From: Epiperipatus broadwayi
Lineage: Eukaryota > Animalia > Onychophora
DNA: 64,000 nt
NCBI GenBank assembly: GCA_028023455.1
Contig: JAQFVV010000011.1
Coordinates: forward strand, 5,580,001 to 5,644,000
Reading direction: 5' to 3'
The stretch's first letter is position 1. Each line of letters opens with the position of its first letter. Below the pieces are notes generated by a model. It was not told the origin of the DNA. It worked only from the letters and a program-made list of their open reading frames with translations, and did no database searches. The position numbers and the translations under genes were made by a program. Shown in pieces: positions 26,468 through 40,200 of this stretch.

Positions 26468-29400
26468 AGATCATTAAACCCAAATATTTAATGCATATTT
26501 TGTTTGATCGTGAGAAAGAATGATGAAACATAATATCTGAATGCTATTATGGTAATAAATTATAAAGTGGATAAATAAAGCATGTCAAGTAATATAATTC
26601 TTTATTATAATTTGAATTTTCAATAAGAAGAGTGAACTTACAGAAGAGTAAAGTTATAGAATTATTTTAAATATTTTAAAAGTAAATAGTTTTATGAAGA
26701 GGTGATTAAAGTTGTTTCAGGAATTATATTTTCCTTTATTTCTAGTTTACATTTGAAATGTTAAAATATATCTGAAAGGTAAAGATAAAGTAAACAATGT
26801 GCTTAATCATCTTTTCAATATAATGTTATATGTTAAATTTTGAATAAATGTTAATTTTAATTTTAATTTTATAGTTAATAGGCATTACTATAATTATAAG
26901 TACTTTTCATAAAGGTCAAGCATATTATTAGCTACATAAATTGTATTTATTTATTGCTATTGTTTTATTATGATAATAACAATGGAAAATCATTGTCGTA
27001 GTGATAGAAAATAATAGTATTACTACTATAATGTATCATATATTTTCTACATCAAATAGTAAGAATGAAGGCTATTCAATGTTTATTTATTTTTATTGTT
27101 TTCTTATGAAAATATTTTAATCTAATTAATTTTATTTTATATAGTAAATATTTTAAGTTTTATAAATTTATATTGTTGTAAATATAGTATAGTGTTAATA
27201 ATAAAATTGTTAATGTTTTTGGAATTCATATTGTCTCTAGAATTTTATTTGTTGATGTGTCTGAATGGTTTTTTTTTTTTGAATCTTTGTATCCACACAC
27301 ACAATTCATAAATATTATTTGGGTCATTATATTATTGCACATGATTAACCTTTTCGAAATGCAGCCTAACACCACTTACTTTTCAGCATTTTCTGATGTT
27401 TTCTTTGTCTCACACATCAATGTAAAATATATGATATAATGTTTATTACTTATCAGAAAATTATAAATTTGACTTCATTTGATAGATATTTGTGTTTACT
27501 ACTGAAATAAATTTTAAATGTTCACATTTTGTTTCTGTAAATATTAAAACAATGAGATCGCAATCAAAACAAAGATGTTACACGTCATCGTTTTTAGAAA
27601 GATTATTTTCAGTTTATAAAATCAAAATATTTTTTATTTCTGATTATTTTTATAAGTGTGAACAAATATTTATTTAATTCTCGTATATCTAATGAATTAT
27701 GCTTTAAAAGTTTAAAATTTTTGAATATTGCAAAATTACGATATTTTCTTTACACTTAAATATAAAGTAAATTGTTTATGTCATAGCTAGTCTTCTAATT
27801 TCTTCCAGGCCATATTTACGTTAGCTGCTAATATAACATTATATTTTTGAAAATAAAGTATTTCAAGTCAAAATAAGTTATTAATAATTTATATTTTTTG
27901 ATATCTAATAAATATAGTGTAAATTATTTAAAAAAAGTATATCTAAAACCATAATAAATTTGCAAATAAACATGTATTTGCAACCTTGGAAACTTCATTG
28001 TCATAAAACACTGAACGTTTTACAATCTTGTCAACAGAACATGTCAGGGAGGGGCTTATGTCTATTGTTAGAGCAAGAATTTTTAATTTCACTCTTTTTT
28101 TCACGCAATATTTGGCAAAAAAATATATTATAATAAAATATACTGTTTTACACGCATTTTAACATATAATACTTACAAAAAAATTCACCAGGGGGCGAAT
28201 TGGTCAAAACACAAAATAATTCGCTAGGAAGAACTGGAGGAGGGTTAATAAAAATTATTGTTATAATTATTGTTATTGCAGAAGATCTCTTACTATTGGT
28301 GATTATGAATATTATACAATGCTAATTTTAAAATATTTAATATTGCAATCATATTAAGAATATGATATTTTTAGTAAATACCACTTAAGAAATAAAAAAA
28401 ATTATATGATGTTTTAGAAGAATTTATAATTTTATTTACATTTATTGAAGAGTATTAGTTGTCAAATAGATGTATGATTTTAAGAATCATTAAAATATTT
28501 TAGTTGTTCTTTGCTGATTTGGAAGAGTAATTGAATATATGTAAAATTACTCATTATATTTAACTAAATGGTATTAATGTGTTTATTATTATTTTTACTA
28601 GGAGATGAACCTGAGATGTTGAATAATTATAGAGTTATATGAAATGATGATGGATAATAATTTTAGTTAATATTAAATTTTAGTATTATTTTTATGAAAG
28701 AATAGTAATTGATTTGTTTTATAATAAATTTTATAGATTATTTAGTTTGGATTATTTATGGGTCTTATAAGGCATGTGAGTATTACAAAGTAGTTTTGTT
28801 ATATAAATTAATTAGGAGTAAAATTCTTGTGCCATTGAGAGTATATTTTTCAGGATATAATCTCAATGTTAAATCAACAGTGTACTTTGCTGAATGTCAC
28901 ATGCAAGAGTTTTCATAGTTAATTTTGTTAGTATTTGAAATCAGATCATATTATAAGAATAAATAATGAGCTAGTCATAGCTTAAATTGTTAGTCTAATA
29001 AATGAGCTGGGAATTCAATTTGAACCGTAATATTTAATTTATGTATTTTGATTGTTAGTTATTATTTAAATATGATAAATTATTTTAAATGTTAATTTTA
29101 TTAGATATAATATGTTAGAAATATAGTCTAAGCTAGTCAAGGTATTGTTTTAATGAATATTGTTTTGATAATTCAATTGTAAATTAGAAGTAGTACTTTT
29201 CTCAAGGTTAGCCGGGGAATCTCTTTAAAATTCAGTAAGCAAGGATTCAATATATTACCATAAACCTTATCAAGATCCAAAATGTAACAAAGAACTATCT
29301 TTTATGTGCCTGCATCTGACTTTTGATGTGTAGTCATGATTTTGAGGTTGAATTTTGCTGACATTTATTTTTGATATTATTTCAGATGACTTTTATTAAA

Positions 29401-30297
29401 AATATTTTGAGATCATTTTAAATCTAAATTATTTAGAGGCTATTTCTAGATGCTATTTTTTTTATCACTGTTTTTAAAACAATAATACATTATCTATCAG
29501 CATTAAGTTATTATCCGATTAGTGAAAGCCCAGATAAATGAATTTTGCAACATGGGTATCTTTATATTTTTATGAAGAATATTTTCAGAAGTATGAAATT
29601 AAGCCTGCATAAGTAGTGGTTAATATGTTCTTAAGTTGAAAAAAATCTTTTTCTTTCAATTGATTAAATAATAAATCAATATTTGAAAAGTTAAATAATA
29701 TGATGTAGAAATAATTAGTATGATCTCTTTACCAATATAAGTTTGAAATTTTGTTTATAATATTTGATGAAAAATATTGGCTTTTTTTGTGTGTGTTATG
29801 GTGATTGGGTGTGATATAAAAAAAAGCATTAAAAATTATTAAATTCAACAAAATAATTATTTTTAAGAGTTTTAATTGATTTTGGAAATTCTGTTTGTTT
29901 GTTTGTTTATTAACTTTTGATCTTTTTCAAGTTAGAATGAAATTTTAAAATCAAGATTTAATATATTTAAATTAAATAGAATTTATTGAAAATTGATATA
30001 TAACTAAGTTGTAACACCTTAATCCATTTGAAACATGTATCTTTTCAGTATGCCAATTTTGATAGATATGGAACAGAGGATTGGGGGAAATATAAAAAAT
30101 ATTTAATACTTTCACTTTTGCAGTTAACAGTCATTCTTAAAATTTTCACTTGGTTGAAATAGTGATTGCAAGAGGGCAGTTTAATTTTTTTTTGTAATTT
30201 AATATTTTTAAAACTATTTAAAACTCTTAATGTATATGTATTATTATGTAATAATAATACTACATTTTAACTTATAGCAAAAATATCTACTGATATA

Positions 30298-31252
30298 CAC
30301 CTGGGGCTCTTTTTACACGGATTTATTTAATGCGATTTTGAAGTTACGCTTTTCACGTTTCTCCGGAAGTCGAACTCCGATAATGCGCTATTACTTTAAA
30401 TAATAAATTCTGCGTATATTGAAAGTAATAGCACATTATTGGAATTCGACTTTCATCTTAGTAATTTCAATATTTTCAGTGCTTTAATAGTAAGATTTTA
30501 TGCAATAATGAAATTAAAATCATGATTTCCACATTTTATGTATACACACATCAAATTTTACAAGATTATAATGTAAATTTGTTCAAACATTGTGCATGTT
30601 AATTTTGCATTTTAAATCACATTCTGTTTTTGCTTTTTAAAAAAGAACGTAATCAATTATTAATCATTTAGTGTCCGCAAGTTTATTTTTAAAAGGTGAG
30701 TAATAGCAGTGGGCACAATTAAAATTGAAAACTAAAAAATTAAAGACAAAAATAAGAATTTAATTTTTAGTTGTTAGATTAATTATTAATTACGTTGTCA
30801 CCAGAAAACCGTTATCACAACGTGAGAGTGATGATGGCTCTAGTTGTATTTCCTCTTGGGAAGAATCTGATTTTTTACCAGTTTGCAAACAAACCTGTTT
30901 ATCGGCAAATAGTGATAATAATTAAAATGTGTATAAAAAATGTAAATTACTGTAAATTATGCATAAAAATATATTGTTTTGAATAAAATTAAATATTATA
31001 GTTAAAAAAAGTTTGTCTTGTATCAATTTTTTTCAAATTTGAAATTTTTTATTAGTCATATTTTATTGCCTTATTTTTTTTTTGCGCAAATTTTAAAGTA
31101 ATTTTACGTTGATGCTTTGCTTTTATGCAATTTTTGAAAAATCACAGTCCGTATTCTCCCCTTTTCAAGGTAAGTTACGTCTATTTTTGCGCGATTTCGT
31201 TTGCGCGTGTTTTCTGAGGAACCTATCTATCACGTAAAACGAGACCCAGATG
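30298..31252. mobile_element. Non-autonomous Tc1/mariner-pogo (Tigger-like) element
   Basis: TA dinucleotide on both flanks. Imperfect ~22-bp TIRs CACCTGGGGCTCTTTTTACACG / CATCTGGGTCTCGTTTTACGTG. CpG-rich relative to flanks. Acidic tail-like remnant RESDDGSSCISSWEESD (~30823). Confidence 0.7.
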
Positions 31253-31299
31253 TATATATAAAATTCAAAACTGCCTAACACTATACTAGTAATAAATAA

Positions 31300-32049
31300 A
31301 ATACAAAACCATAAAATAGTACAATACTAGATAAAATCCAAACTTTACCAAAATCCTTACATGTCCATGGTTTCATCTACTAAACAAATAGACCTTCTCA
31401 AGTGAAAATCAAATTAAAGAAGCAACATATATATAAAACAACAAACCTTTCCATAATTCAATTCAAAAACCAACTTCCCTTTGTATCAAAAGATGTCTTC
31501 ATAAGATTGATAGCCTCAGATTCAATAAGTTTTTTATCATTAAAGTTTCCTTTACTCTTTTCTTTAATTCATTCTGTCCATAAAAATAACTGTTGCATTG
31601 TCAAACACTATTTTATGACCTGTATTCAATACATGAATATATGAAGCTGAGTTATGATACCTAAGTTCATATGAGTAGTGTTAAACATATGTATCATAAC
31701 TCAACTTTATATATTCATGTATTGAATACAGATCATAAAATATTGTTTGACAATGCAACAGTTATTTTTTATGGAAAGAATGAATTAAAGAGAAGTGTAA
31801 AGGAAACTTTAATGATAAAACTTCTTGAATCTAAGGCTACCAATCTTACTTATGAAGACATCTTTTGATATAAAGGGAAGTTGGTTTTTGAAATGAATTA
31901 TGGGAAGGTTTGTTTTGTATATGTTGCTTTTTTAGTTTGATTTTTACTTGAGAAGGTCTATTTGCTTAGTACGTGAAACTATAGTCATGTAAGGATTTTG
32001 GTAAAGTTTGGATTTTATCTAGTATTGTATTGTTTTATGGTTTTGTATT
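31300..32049. mobile_element. ~750-bp palindrome made of two inverted copies of a Penelope-like 3' end
   Basis: Arms 31300-31660 and 31691-32049 are reverse complements (roughly 90% by eye) around a 30-nt loop. The right arm encodes a GIY-YIG C-terminal-like H..NTDHKILFDNATVI...NELKRSVKETLMIK and an HHR-like motif CTTGAGAAG...GAAAC TATA GTC (31947-31986). Confidence 0.8.
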
Positions 32050-34185
32050 ATGTATATATGTATCATCTATAAGTGTCCAGTCAATTTAAAATATGATATA
32101 ATTTTAAAACAGATTTAATTTTATAAATTTAAAAAGAAAATTATTCAATTTTTTTTTATATGCACCTTTATTTCTAACATTTCTATTTACTCATATCATT
32201 ATTTAGTTTTGCTCTCGTAATTTTTGGATTTTTTTTTTGAAAATTTTAAAGTCATTGTAATAATGTTTGTTAGGGACTTGATCTTTGTTTGAGTAGTTTT
32301 AAATATATTAAATATTATTAAAATTATGATTATCCTTTGCAGAACTCATTACCTTAAAGATCTGTATCTTGCCTAATTACTTGTAATACAGGTGTGTATA
32401 TATATATAATGCTTATTTATGTGCATATTTTAGGGTTTTCTTTTCTGCATACATTTCCATGAGTACATGTACTTAATTATATCATTTTAATCAAATTAAC
32501 TTAAATCGATTTTTTTTTACTTATTTGTAATTATTGGGAGGGTGAGGTCTGCATTCTTATAATAATCTTTTAACTGATTTTATTATTTGTATTAATTATA
32601 ATTTAAAAATCTTATTGGAATATATATTTTTCATTTTAAGCGATTATTCTTTGTTTTTATTTGAAGAAGCATTTGTAAAAAAGAAAAAAAAAGTTATTCC
32701 AAATCTGAACTCAGACCCACTTTCAGCAAAAAGTTGATGGATGATAGTTGATTTTTTCCCCCTGCTGCTATTCAGTGGCTATTTTACAGATTTCTTAATA
32801 AAATGCACAGAGGAGCTCATGTGTAATGATTCTGATCAAATTGAACCCACTCTAATTAGATGCCAGCATGGCAGATTAATAAAATTCTCAATTTAGGAGG
32901 GGGTGCTAAATTTCTTAGAAAATTCCAGAAAAAGTAGGTAATTGATCATACAAGTTGACATGATTCGCTAGATGGATGAATGAGGATTGGTGTAAAATAA
33001 GTAGATCTTTTCATCATTGAGAGAAGGAGAAGAAACAGACTCGTGCACAGAATTACTAATGTAGTAACGATTAATTTACACTTTCCATTTTGTTTGATAT
33101 ATATTTTAATCAAATTCAAAATAATTTCATATGTAAATTGTTTAAATTAAACCAATAATTTTTTATTTTATATTCTATTTCTATCAGCTCTAAATCATTT
33201 ATATTAATTTATTTATTATCATTTAGTTTGATTATTATTTTATACCCATATTTTTTTTTAAATAGAATTAAATTATTTGACAGCTGGGATATTATGATTA
33301 TATTAGAGGAGAAATTTTTGCGTGCATCTTAATGATGTGGAACTTATTCTTTTATAAATCTTAAAAATAAAAAAAAACCCCCACCCAAAGTTCGACACCT
33401 TTGACTTCCCTTTTTTGTTATTGGTAAAGTCGGTATCATGTTTCAATGCTATTTTTTGTTTTTACAGTGAGGACATTAACTCTGATCTGATTAATTCAGA
33501 TTAACTTTTATCTCGTAGCTAATAATACCCATTTACTGACCAGTTAGTTTAATGACTAGCTAGGTTGGCTATGAGTCAAAAATTCTGGGCCTTGATTCAG
33601 CTTGTGATGGTATGGAAGTGTGTTAATCATTTTCCCATGAGGCTCTTACTTAAACAATAGTTACATTAATAATTTTAGAAAGGATAAACAGAAATCACTA
33701 GCCAATTAAATCCTTACTCCCATTGCAGTTTTTATTTTAAGATATTTTATCTCAGCATATAAGCTAAATGTCTACTTTTTTATATCACAATGGGCAATTT
33801 TCTTTGGAAAACTAATATTTAGATTAGCCTAGGAAACATTATAAAATAAATGAATGTGTATAAATTCAGAAATCGTGATTTTCAAGAATCCATGCAGCAG
33901 ATTGAGCATCAATCTAGGAACCATTAGCTTTTGTGTATATTAGGACTATCTCTGCACTAAATTGCACAGAGCATGAATATTTTGATTATACTTTATATCA
34001 AAAGACATAGATATAATTTTCATTTAAATAATTTTTAGTTGCTCATCTTTATATTAAATAATCAAATAATTTGATGCTTGGGAATTCATAAGAAATTCAA
34101 GAATAGGAAATGACAGAGATGAGCCTTAGTCCATTGACAATGAACTGCAGAATCTGGTACTACCACTATATTTAATCATCTACAG

Positions 34186-34720
34186 CAGGTTTCCCAACCT
34201 TTTTGGCCCCCCTACCCCTTTGTAGTACATCTTCTAAATTGTTCCCCTTTTTAAAAATGGTTGGTTTTGGGGAATTTGTTTTGCGAGTGGGTTTTTTTTT
34301 TTTATAAATATTATGGGGGGCTTGTTCCCCCTCTAATGAGACAAATCTGAACACCCCCAACCCCCCCCATAAACCCCAATAACCCCATTTTTTGGGTGTA
34401 ATTTTTTTAAAAATATTATAAAGGTTCCCCGCCGGCCCGCTGGGGGGGGGGGGGGGGGGGGACAGGTTTTGGAAGGAAAAAAAAGGTAAAAAAAAAGAAA
34501 AAAAAAAAAAAAAAAAAAAAAATTAAAAAAAAAAAAAAAAGAAAAAAGGAGAGGGGGAAAAAAAAAAAAAACAAAAAAAAAAAAAATTAAAAAAAAAAAA
34601 AAGGTAATTTTTATTCTTCTTTATTATGGATTTCTCGGGGGGGGAAGAAAAAAAAAAAAGGAAAACAAAAAAAAAAAAATAAAAAAAATATGAATTTTTT
34701 TTGACCTTCCCGGGGGGGGA
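34186..34720. mobile_element. Short hAT-like element with garbled interior and right end
   Basis: Left TIR-like CAGGTTTCCCAACC and perfect 8-bp flanking duplication ATCTACAG (34178-34185, 34721-34728). The interior is dominated by homopolymer runs and the right TIR is unrecognisable. Confidence 0.55.
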
Positions 34721-36010
34721 ATCTACAGTATCTTTACTTTTTTTAAAAAAAAAAAAATTTGTTGAACTCTGTATGATTCTGTAACTTGTTTTTTTTTTTT
34801 GGTAAAAGAAAAATATTACTGGAAATATAATAACATAAACAAAAACAGCAGTAGGCTTAACTCTTTGAATGATTTTAGTTATTAAATTCTTTCATTGAAA
34901 AAAATAATTTATTATATAAAGTTTGAATTCAAGTAATTAAAGCTGTGGCTCTTGAAGAGGAATAAGGGGCATTACAAACTGATAGAGCATTTGAAAGAAG
35001 TATGGACTTTCCAATGAAGTTGCCTACTTGTGTTTGAATAAGGATAAAATATTTCTATACTGTCATCAACATATCCCTGCATTATAATGTCATAATAATA
35101 GAATTTATAGATTTTTTTTTAAATTGGATAAATTGTCTAATGTTAATGAAATGATAAGTAAGACATATGGTTTTAATGATATTAGATGGGGGGGGGGGGC
35201 TGAATCCATATAGATATGTGCAGAAAAATTTAGAAATGTTAATCATTAATATCAACATGTCATTCATGTATTTGTTGAGTGAATGTGTGCCTTACAAATT
35301 AATGGTGGACAGACTGAGAAAATTCTATTAAAAAAAATATTTAATGTTTTGCTGCATCTTCTCCTTAAGATGGGACCTTGGGAAAGACCACCCCATCTTA
35401 CCTTCTTTCAGGGTGCACACTAGTAAGATCTGATTTATAATTCTAGGCAGTTGTGGTAGCCATCCTGACCTTTTAGCAGCATGCCACTCAGTTGCAGAGT
35501 ACCAGTGTTGGTCACAAAAACCCTTGACTCTAATCTATATGCAGGGCGCTCTGTTATTGTAATTTGCCGGTGCTGTAGCAAGTTGGTGATCTTGTATAGC
35601 CAATTCTGAATCCCATAATTGAATTATTCAGTATTAAACTGAAATTTATATCTTTGGTTTCTAGGTTCAATCTCAACCCTGAGCTGATTTATACACTCAA
35701 GATTTACTAATTTATTAATGTTACCATAAATATTTTGCCCAAGGCTGGTTCAGCATTTTTATAATAGTAGCTATCACTTTCAATAGGAATTGGCATAATC
35801 TAAGGTAGGCACTGCTTAGTGATTCTTTAAATATATCAATTCATATTGTTAATTAAAGATTTAATGAGGAGACATGCTAAATTCTCATGTTATAAAGCCT
35901 GCATGCTTTTTCCACATTAATTTATGTTTTATTTGTTTAATAAATATATGTTAAATTTATTCTGGTTTCACATGATTTCTCATTCCTATTTCAATCCAAC
36001 TTAATCTTAG

Positions 36011-36011
<1 letters not shown>

Positions 36012-36090
<79 letters not shown>

Positions 36091-36097
36091 TATATAT
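36012..36097. repeat. (TA)n microsatellite
   Basis: About 42 TA units with one interruption. Confidence 0.98.
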
Positions 36098-36184
36098 GAT
36101 ATAGCTATGTAGGCATTAATTACCATTTATGAATGTTATCTTTGATTTCTAGCAAATTAAATTAGTTAATATATATATATTTAA

Positions 36185-36407
36185 ATCCCTGAGTCTCCTG
36201 TTTCTCTCTGCCCTATGCCGGCCATGAAAGGTATACTATGTGTAACTTCAAGTGTGGTCGTTCATTGGGTCTTGAGTCATGGAGTACTGGCAAATGAGTT
36301 TAAGCGTAGTTTGATTCAGGATGTCACACTCCTGGTCTGGTCAGCTTGGGTATCTTTGCCTGGATTCTAGATTCTGTTACGCGAATGTATGAAACTTGAC
36401 CGTTACA
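36185..36407 (+). mobile_element. Partial third copy (3' end) of the 1.75-kb LTR-like family
   Basis: Ends TTGACCGTTACA. Its reverse complement aligns to 18320-18520 (tgtaacggtca, ccaggcaaa, aagctgac, tgaagttacac). Confidence 0.6.
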
Positions 36408-37195
36408 ATATTATAATTCTAGTCTTTAATTAATCTCTACCCTAGGTACATTTATGTAAGTATAGATAATAAATGGAAACCAGATAGTAATATTATCTGA
36501 TTTTTCAGACTAATTTCTGTTAATTTAATGAATAACATGTTTTGATATTTTAAATATAATACTTGGTATGTGAAATTAATATTTTGTTTACTTATTACTT
36601 ATTTAATACATGAATAACTTTGCAAACACATTGCATTTTAGTACTAAAATCAGTTCTCAGATTTTTTAATAGCATAATGACACTGCAAAACTGTTACGAA
36701 CTTGGAAAATTACTGTAGAAATATTTGGAAATAACAATAATGTAATTTTTAAGTCATCAATTTCTAGAACTTTTTATATTAGCAAAATATGCCTGACCTT
36801 TGAAATGTCAAATTATAAAAAACTTTCATAATTGTTCACATATTTATTTCTTCTGATTAACCAACTAATAAACAAATACATAATTATGTCAGTTAATATT
36901 ACTAATTTATAATTAAAAGTTTGGCAAATATATCTATTCAGAATCCTGTCTTAATGAAGTTATTGACAATATAAATATTTTTAATGTATAGGTTATTATA
37001 TAATGACATAAACTTACATATATATATATGTGTGTGTGTGTGTCTTGTGACTAATTCATTATAAATTTATTTTCTAGTAATCTTTGTAATTTCATACTTA
37101 ATAAATTATATTATAATTAATGCAAATATTGTATATTATTTACTTATGGGCTGTAATTATTATCATAATATGTTTTTCACAAAAACTATATGCAA

Positions 37196-37290
37196 ATGAA
37201 TATATATATATATGTAACTTATTTATTGACATATAAATTACATGAATATATATATATATGTAACTTATTTATTGACATATAAATTACATG
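37196..37290. repeat. Perfect 46-bp tandem duplication
   Basis: atgaatatatatatatatgtaacttatttattgacatataaattac occurs twice. Confidence 0.9.
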
Positions 37291-40200
37291 TAATTTATTA
37301 ATAAATAAACAAGAAATGATGTATTTATTATGGAATCTGACACTAATTAGGATTTAAGTGTTATATTTTTTACCCAACTTTAGAGAGATTTACTATAAAG
37401 TTGAGTGTTCATTGGACTACAGGTGGTATAATACTATGATATCTCTATCCTGGCCTCATCATTGAAGATTAGAAATTAATTCATATAACAGCCATTTTTA
37501 CTCCTTTCTACTATTTCAACAAATAACCTTAAATTCAAAAAAATTCTAAGCTTTTGAACTTAAGCTAACTTCCTTGCATTGTTAGGTAGGTCAGATATGA
37601 AATCAGTTTCTGTATATTTAACCATTAGTTTTATGACAATTGTAAGACTCTTTTACTTATTGTATAGGAAGATTAATACAAAAAACAATATTGGCACAAT
37701 TGTGGTCTAGTCAACAGTAACTGCTTGAGTTTTCTATATCTACCAATGCATAAGATATGTACAGTAGAAAGTGGATGATCTTGTATATTTCAGCTTTGCC
37801 TTCATTATTCATAATCAATATTTATATAATGTTTAAATTAAACATGTAACAAGAACAGAATTTTTAAAAATAAGATTAAGGCATTATATATATAATTTTC
37901 ACTCAAAAGTCTCTGACTTTGTGACTGCTTTCTAGTCATAGAGTATGGAACATGATAGTAACTGTTGATTGAGAGAAAATTTATTCAAAGTCTAAAGTTT
38001 CTATTGTAAAGAAATGAACGTGCCATATTTTAGCATGTATTAACGAATGATAAAACGTCTATTTATCAGTCTTACTCATTAAAAAAATATCTTGTTACAA
38101 ATTTAAATTCTGAAATAATATTATAATTTCTCTCTTTTTTTTTTTTTTTGAGTCCAAGTATATCTGATTCACATTCAGATGTTTTTTTAATAATGCATGG
38201 TTTAGATATTTGAATCTGTTTTTGATTGCAGATGAAAATAATAAACAAGTTTACCTCATCCAACATTCTTATATTTTTTATTGTTATATAAAAATTTTGC
38301 TGCAAAATATTGCAGATAGAGTTTATTTTTAGGTTTAATAATTTATTGGCTGCTCAACTGTGGATATAATCTATGATTTGATAAAAATAGACTCATAAAA
38401 ACTTTCACTATTGCTGAATATTATTAGGTTATTTACTTTCAACTTGAGCGCACACACACACACATATATATATATATCAGATATATGCTGTTAAATATCT
38501 TTTCACTACTATATTGTTTTCTGAAATGTTTCTCATTAAGTAAGATTTTATGCTACAAATTGAAGAGTTTTGTTTCTTATTGCTATCCTCTTTTCTTCAT
38601 GTTCTAAGTTAACTAATTAGATTTGTTCTCCAATGGAATGATAACATTGGATTACAATTGTCTCTTAAAGAAATGAATATTTTGTCTTTTACTTCCATCT
38701 GGACACACACATATATAACATTAAAAATAATCAATATATAATGGTAATAAACTATTATAAACAATCTTTGTGGATTGAAAGAGTTTATAATAGTTTATTT
38801 AAAATACTTTTATGGATTGAAAGACAGTTTATAATAGTTTATTACCGTTATATTTATTATTTTTATTGTCATTACTATAGTTTTTTAATTAATGGACATT
38901 TTATTTGTATTATATATATATATTAAGGCAATATTTTAAGTCCAGTTTCATTTGTAGCTTGAGGGTTGTACACTCTTTTATGATTTTTATTGACTGATTT
39001 AAAATACATTTTGATTTTCTTTATTTTTGTATGTTCTCTAATGACAGTCAATTTTATTCTTTTCAATTTCAATCATATTCATGCAAGCATAAATAAAAGA
39101 ATTAATTTCTTGATTAATTTTATTCAGTTATTACCATAGCTTCTAAATGCAGTTTTTGTTTCTATTAATTAATAGAATGAGTGTTTCAGATGCCTTAATT
39201 ATATAAAATTGGCTGAAAATTAACACTATTCTTTTTATTTTGCATGTAGTGAAAAAACTGTATGATAAATGTGTTAGAGAATTTTGTGGCAGAAAGATCT
39301 GAGTCCAATAAATAAGTCTACTTTTATTTAGATAACAGTGTTTAAATGATATTAGGCACTTTCCATATTGATGGTAACATTACTTTGTTATAGTGATGTT
39401 AGAAAATATTTAATTCTAACTAAATTAGAAAATGGAAAATAGTCTCAGTTCAGAGTACTGTGTATTTTATTGTGCTATAGCTAGCACATTATTGTTCCGA
39501 GTCACTTGAATTTTTGGCAGTTTACAATATAATTAACTGTAATGGATCACTCACAGAAGACTGATTCAATCTATTTTGAAACTATTATAAGAATGATTTA
39601 ATATTTGATAAATGTTTTTTTTTTTGTTTCTAGCATTTTATTCATTTTTTTTAAAACCATTTTTGTTTGTGGTTGTTTTAAATTGTAACAATTTTGAGAT
39701 TTTTATCTGTTCAAATATCTCTACCCTAGGAATATTTTTGATAACGATTATGATTAAACTTTGACAATCTGCTTCAGAAAACATTTTTCTATAAAAGTCT
39801 GTCATAAATCTTTTCTTTTCTCTAATGATCCAATATAACAAATCTTTTCTAAGGATGTATTTTGTTTCTTAATGGCAAGTTAAAAATTGCTCTTGTCTAT
39901 CTACGATAGTCATGTTTTCTCCCACTCATTCCATTTACATTTAATGTTTTTATTTTATTTTTATAAAATTGGATAAGATGAATTGGGATTAGATTCCATT
40001 ATCATTCTTCTTATCTTCTTCATTGTTCTCCTCCTCCTTATATTACCAATATATATTTTTTCTCTTTTTGATTGCAATTTGTGTTTTGCTTTTTTATAAT
40101 CATTAATCAAATGTAACAAAGCATACTGATTAGGACTTTTTATATGTTGTATCTCTTACTTTAGTTTTATGATCGAAAACTCAGACTATCTTCTCTCACT

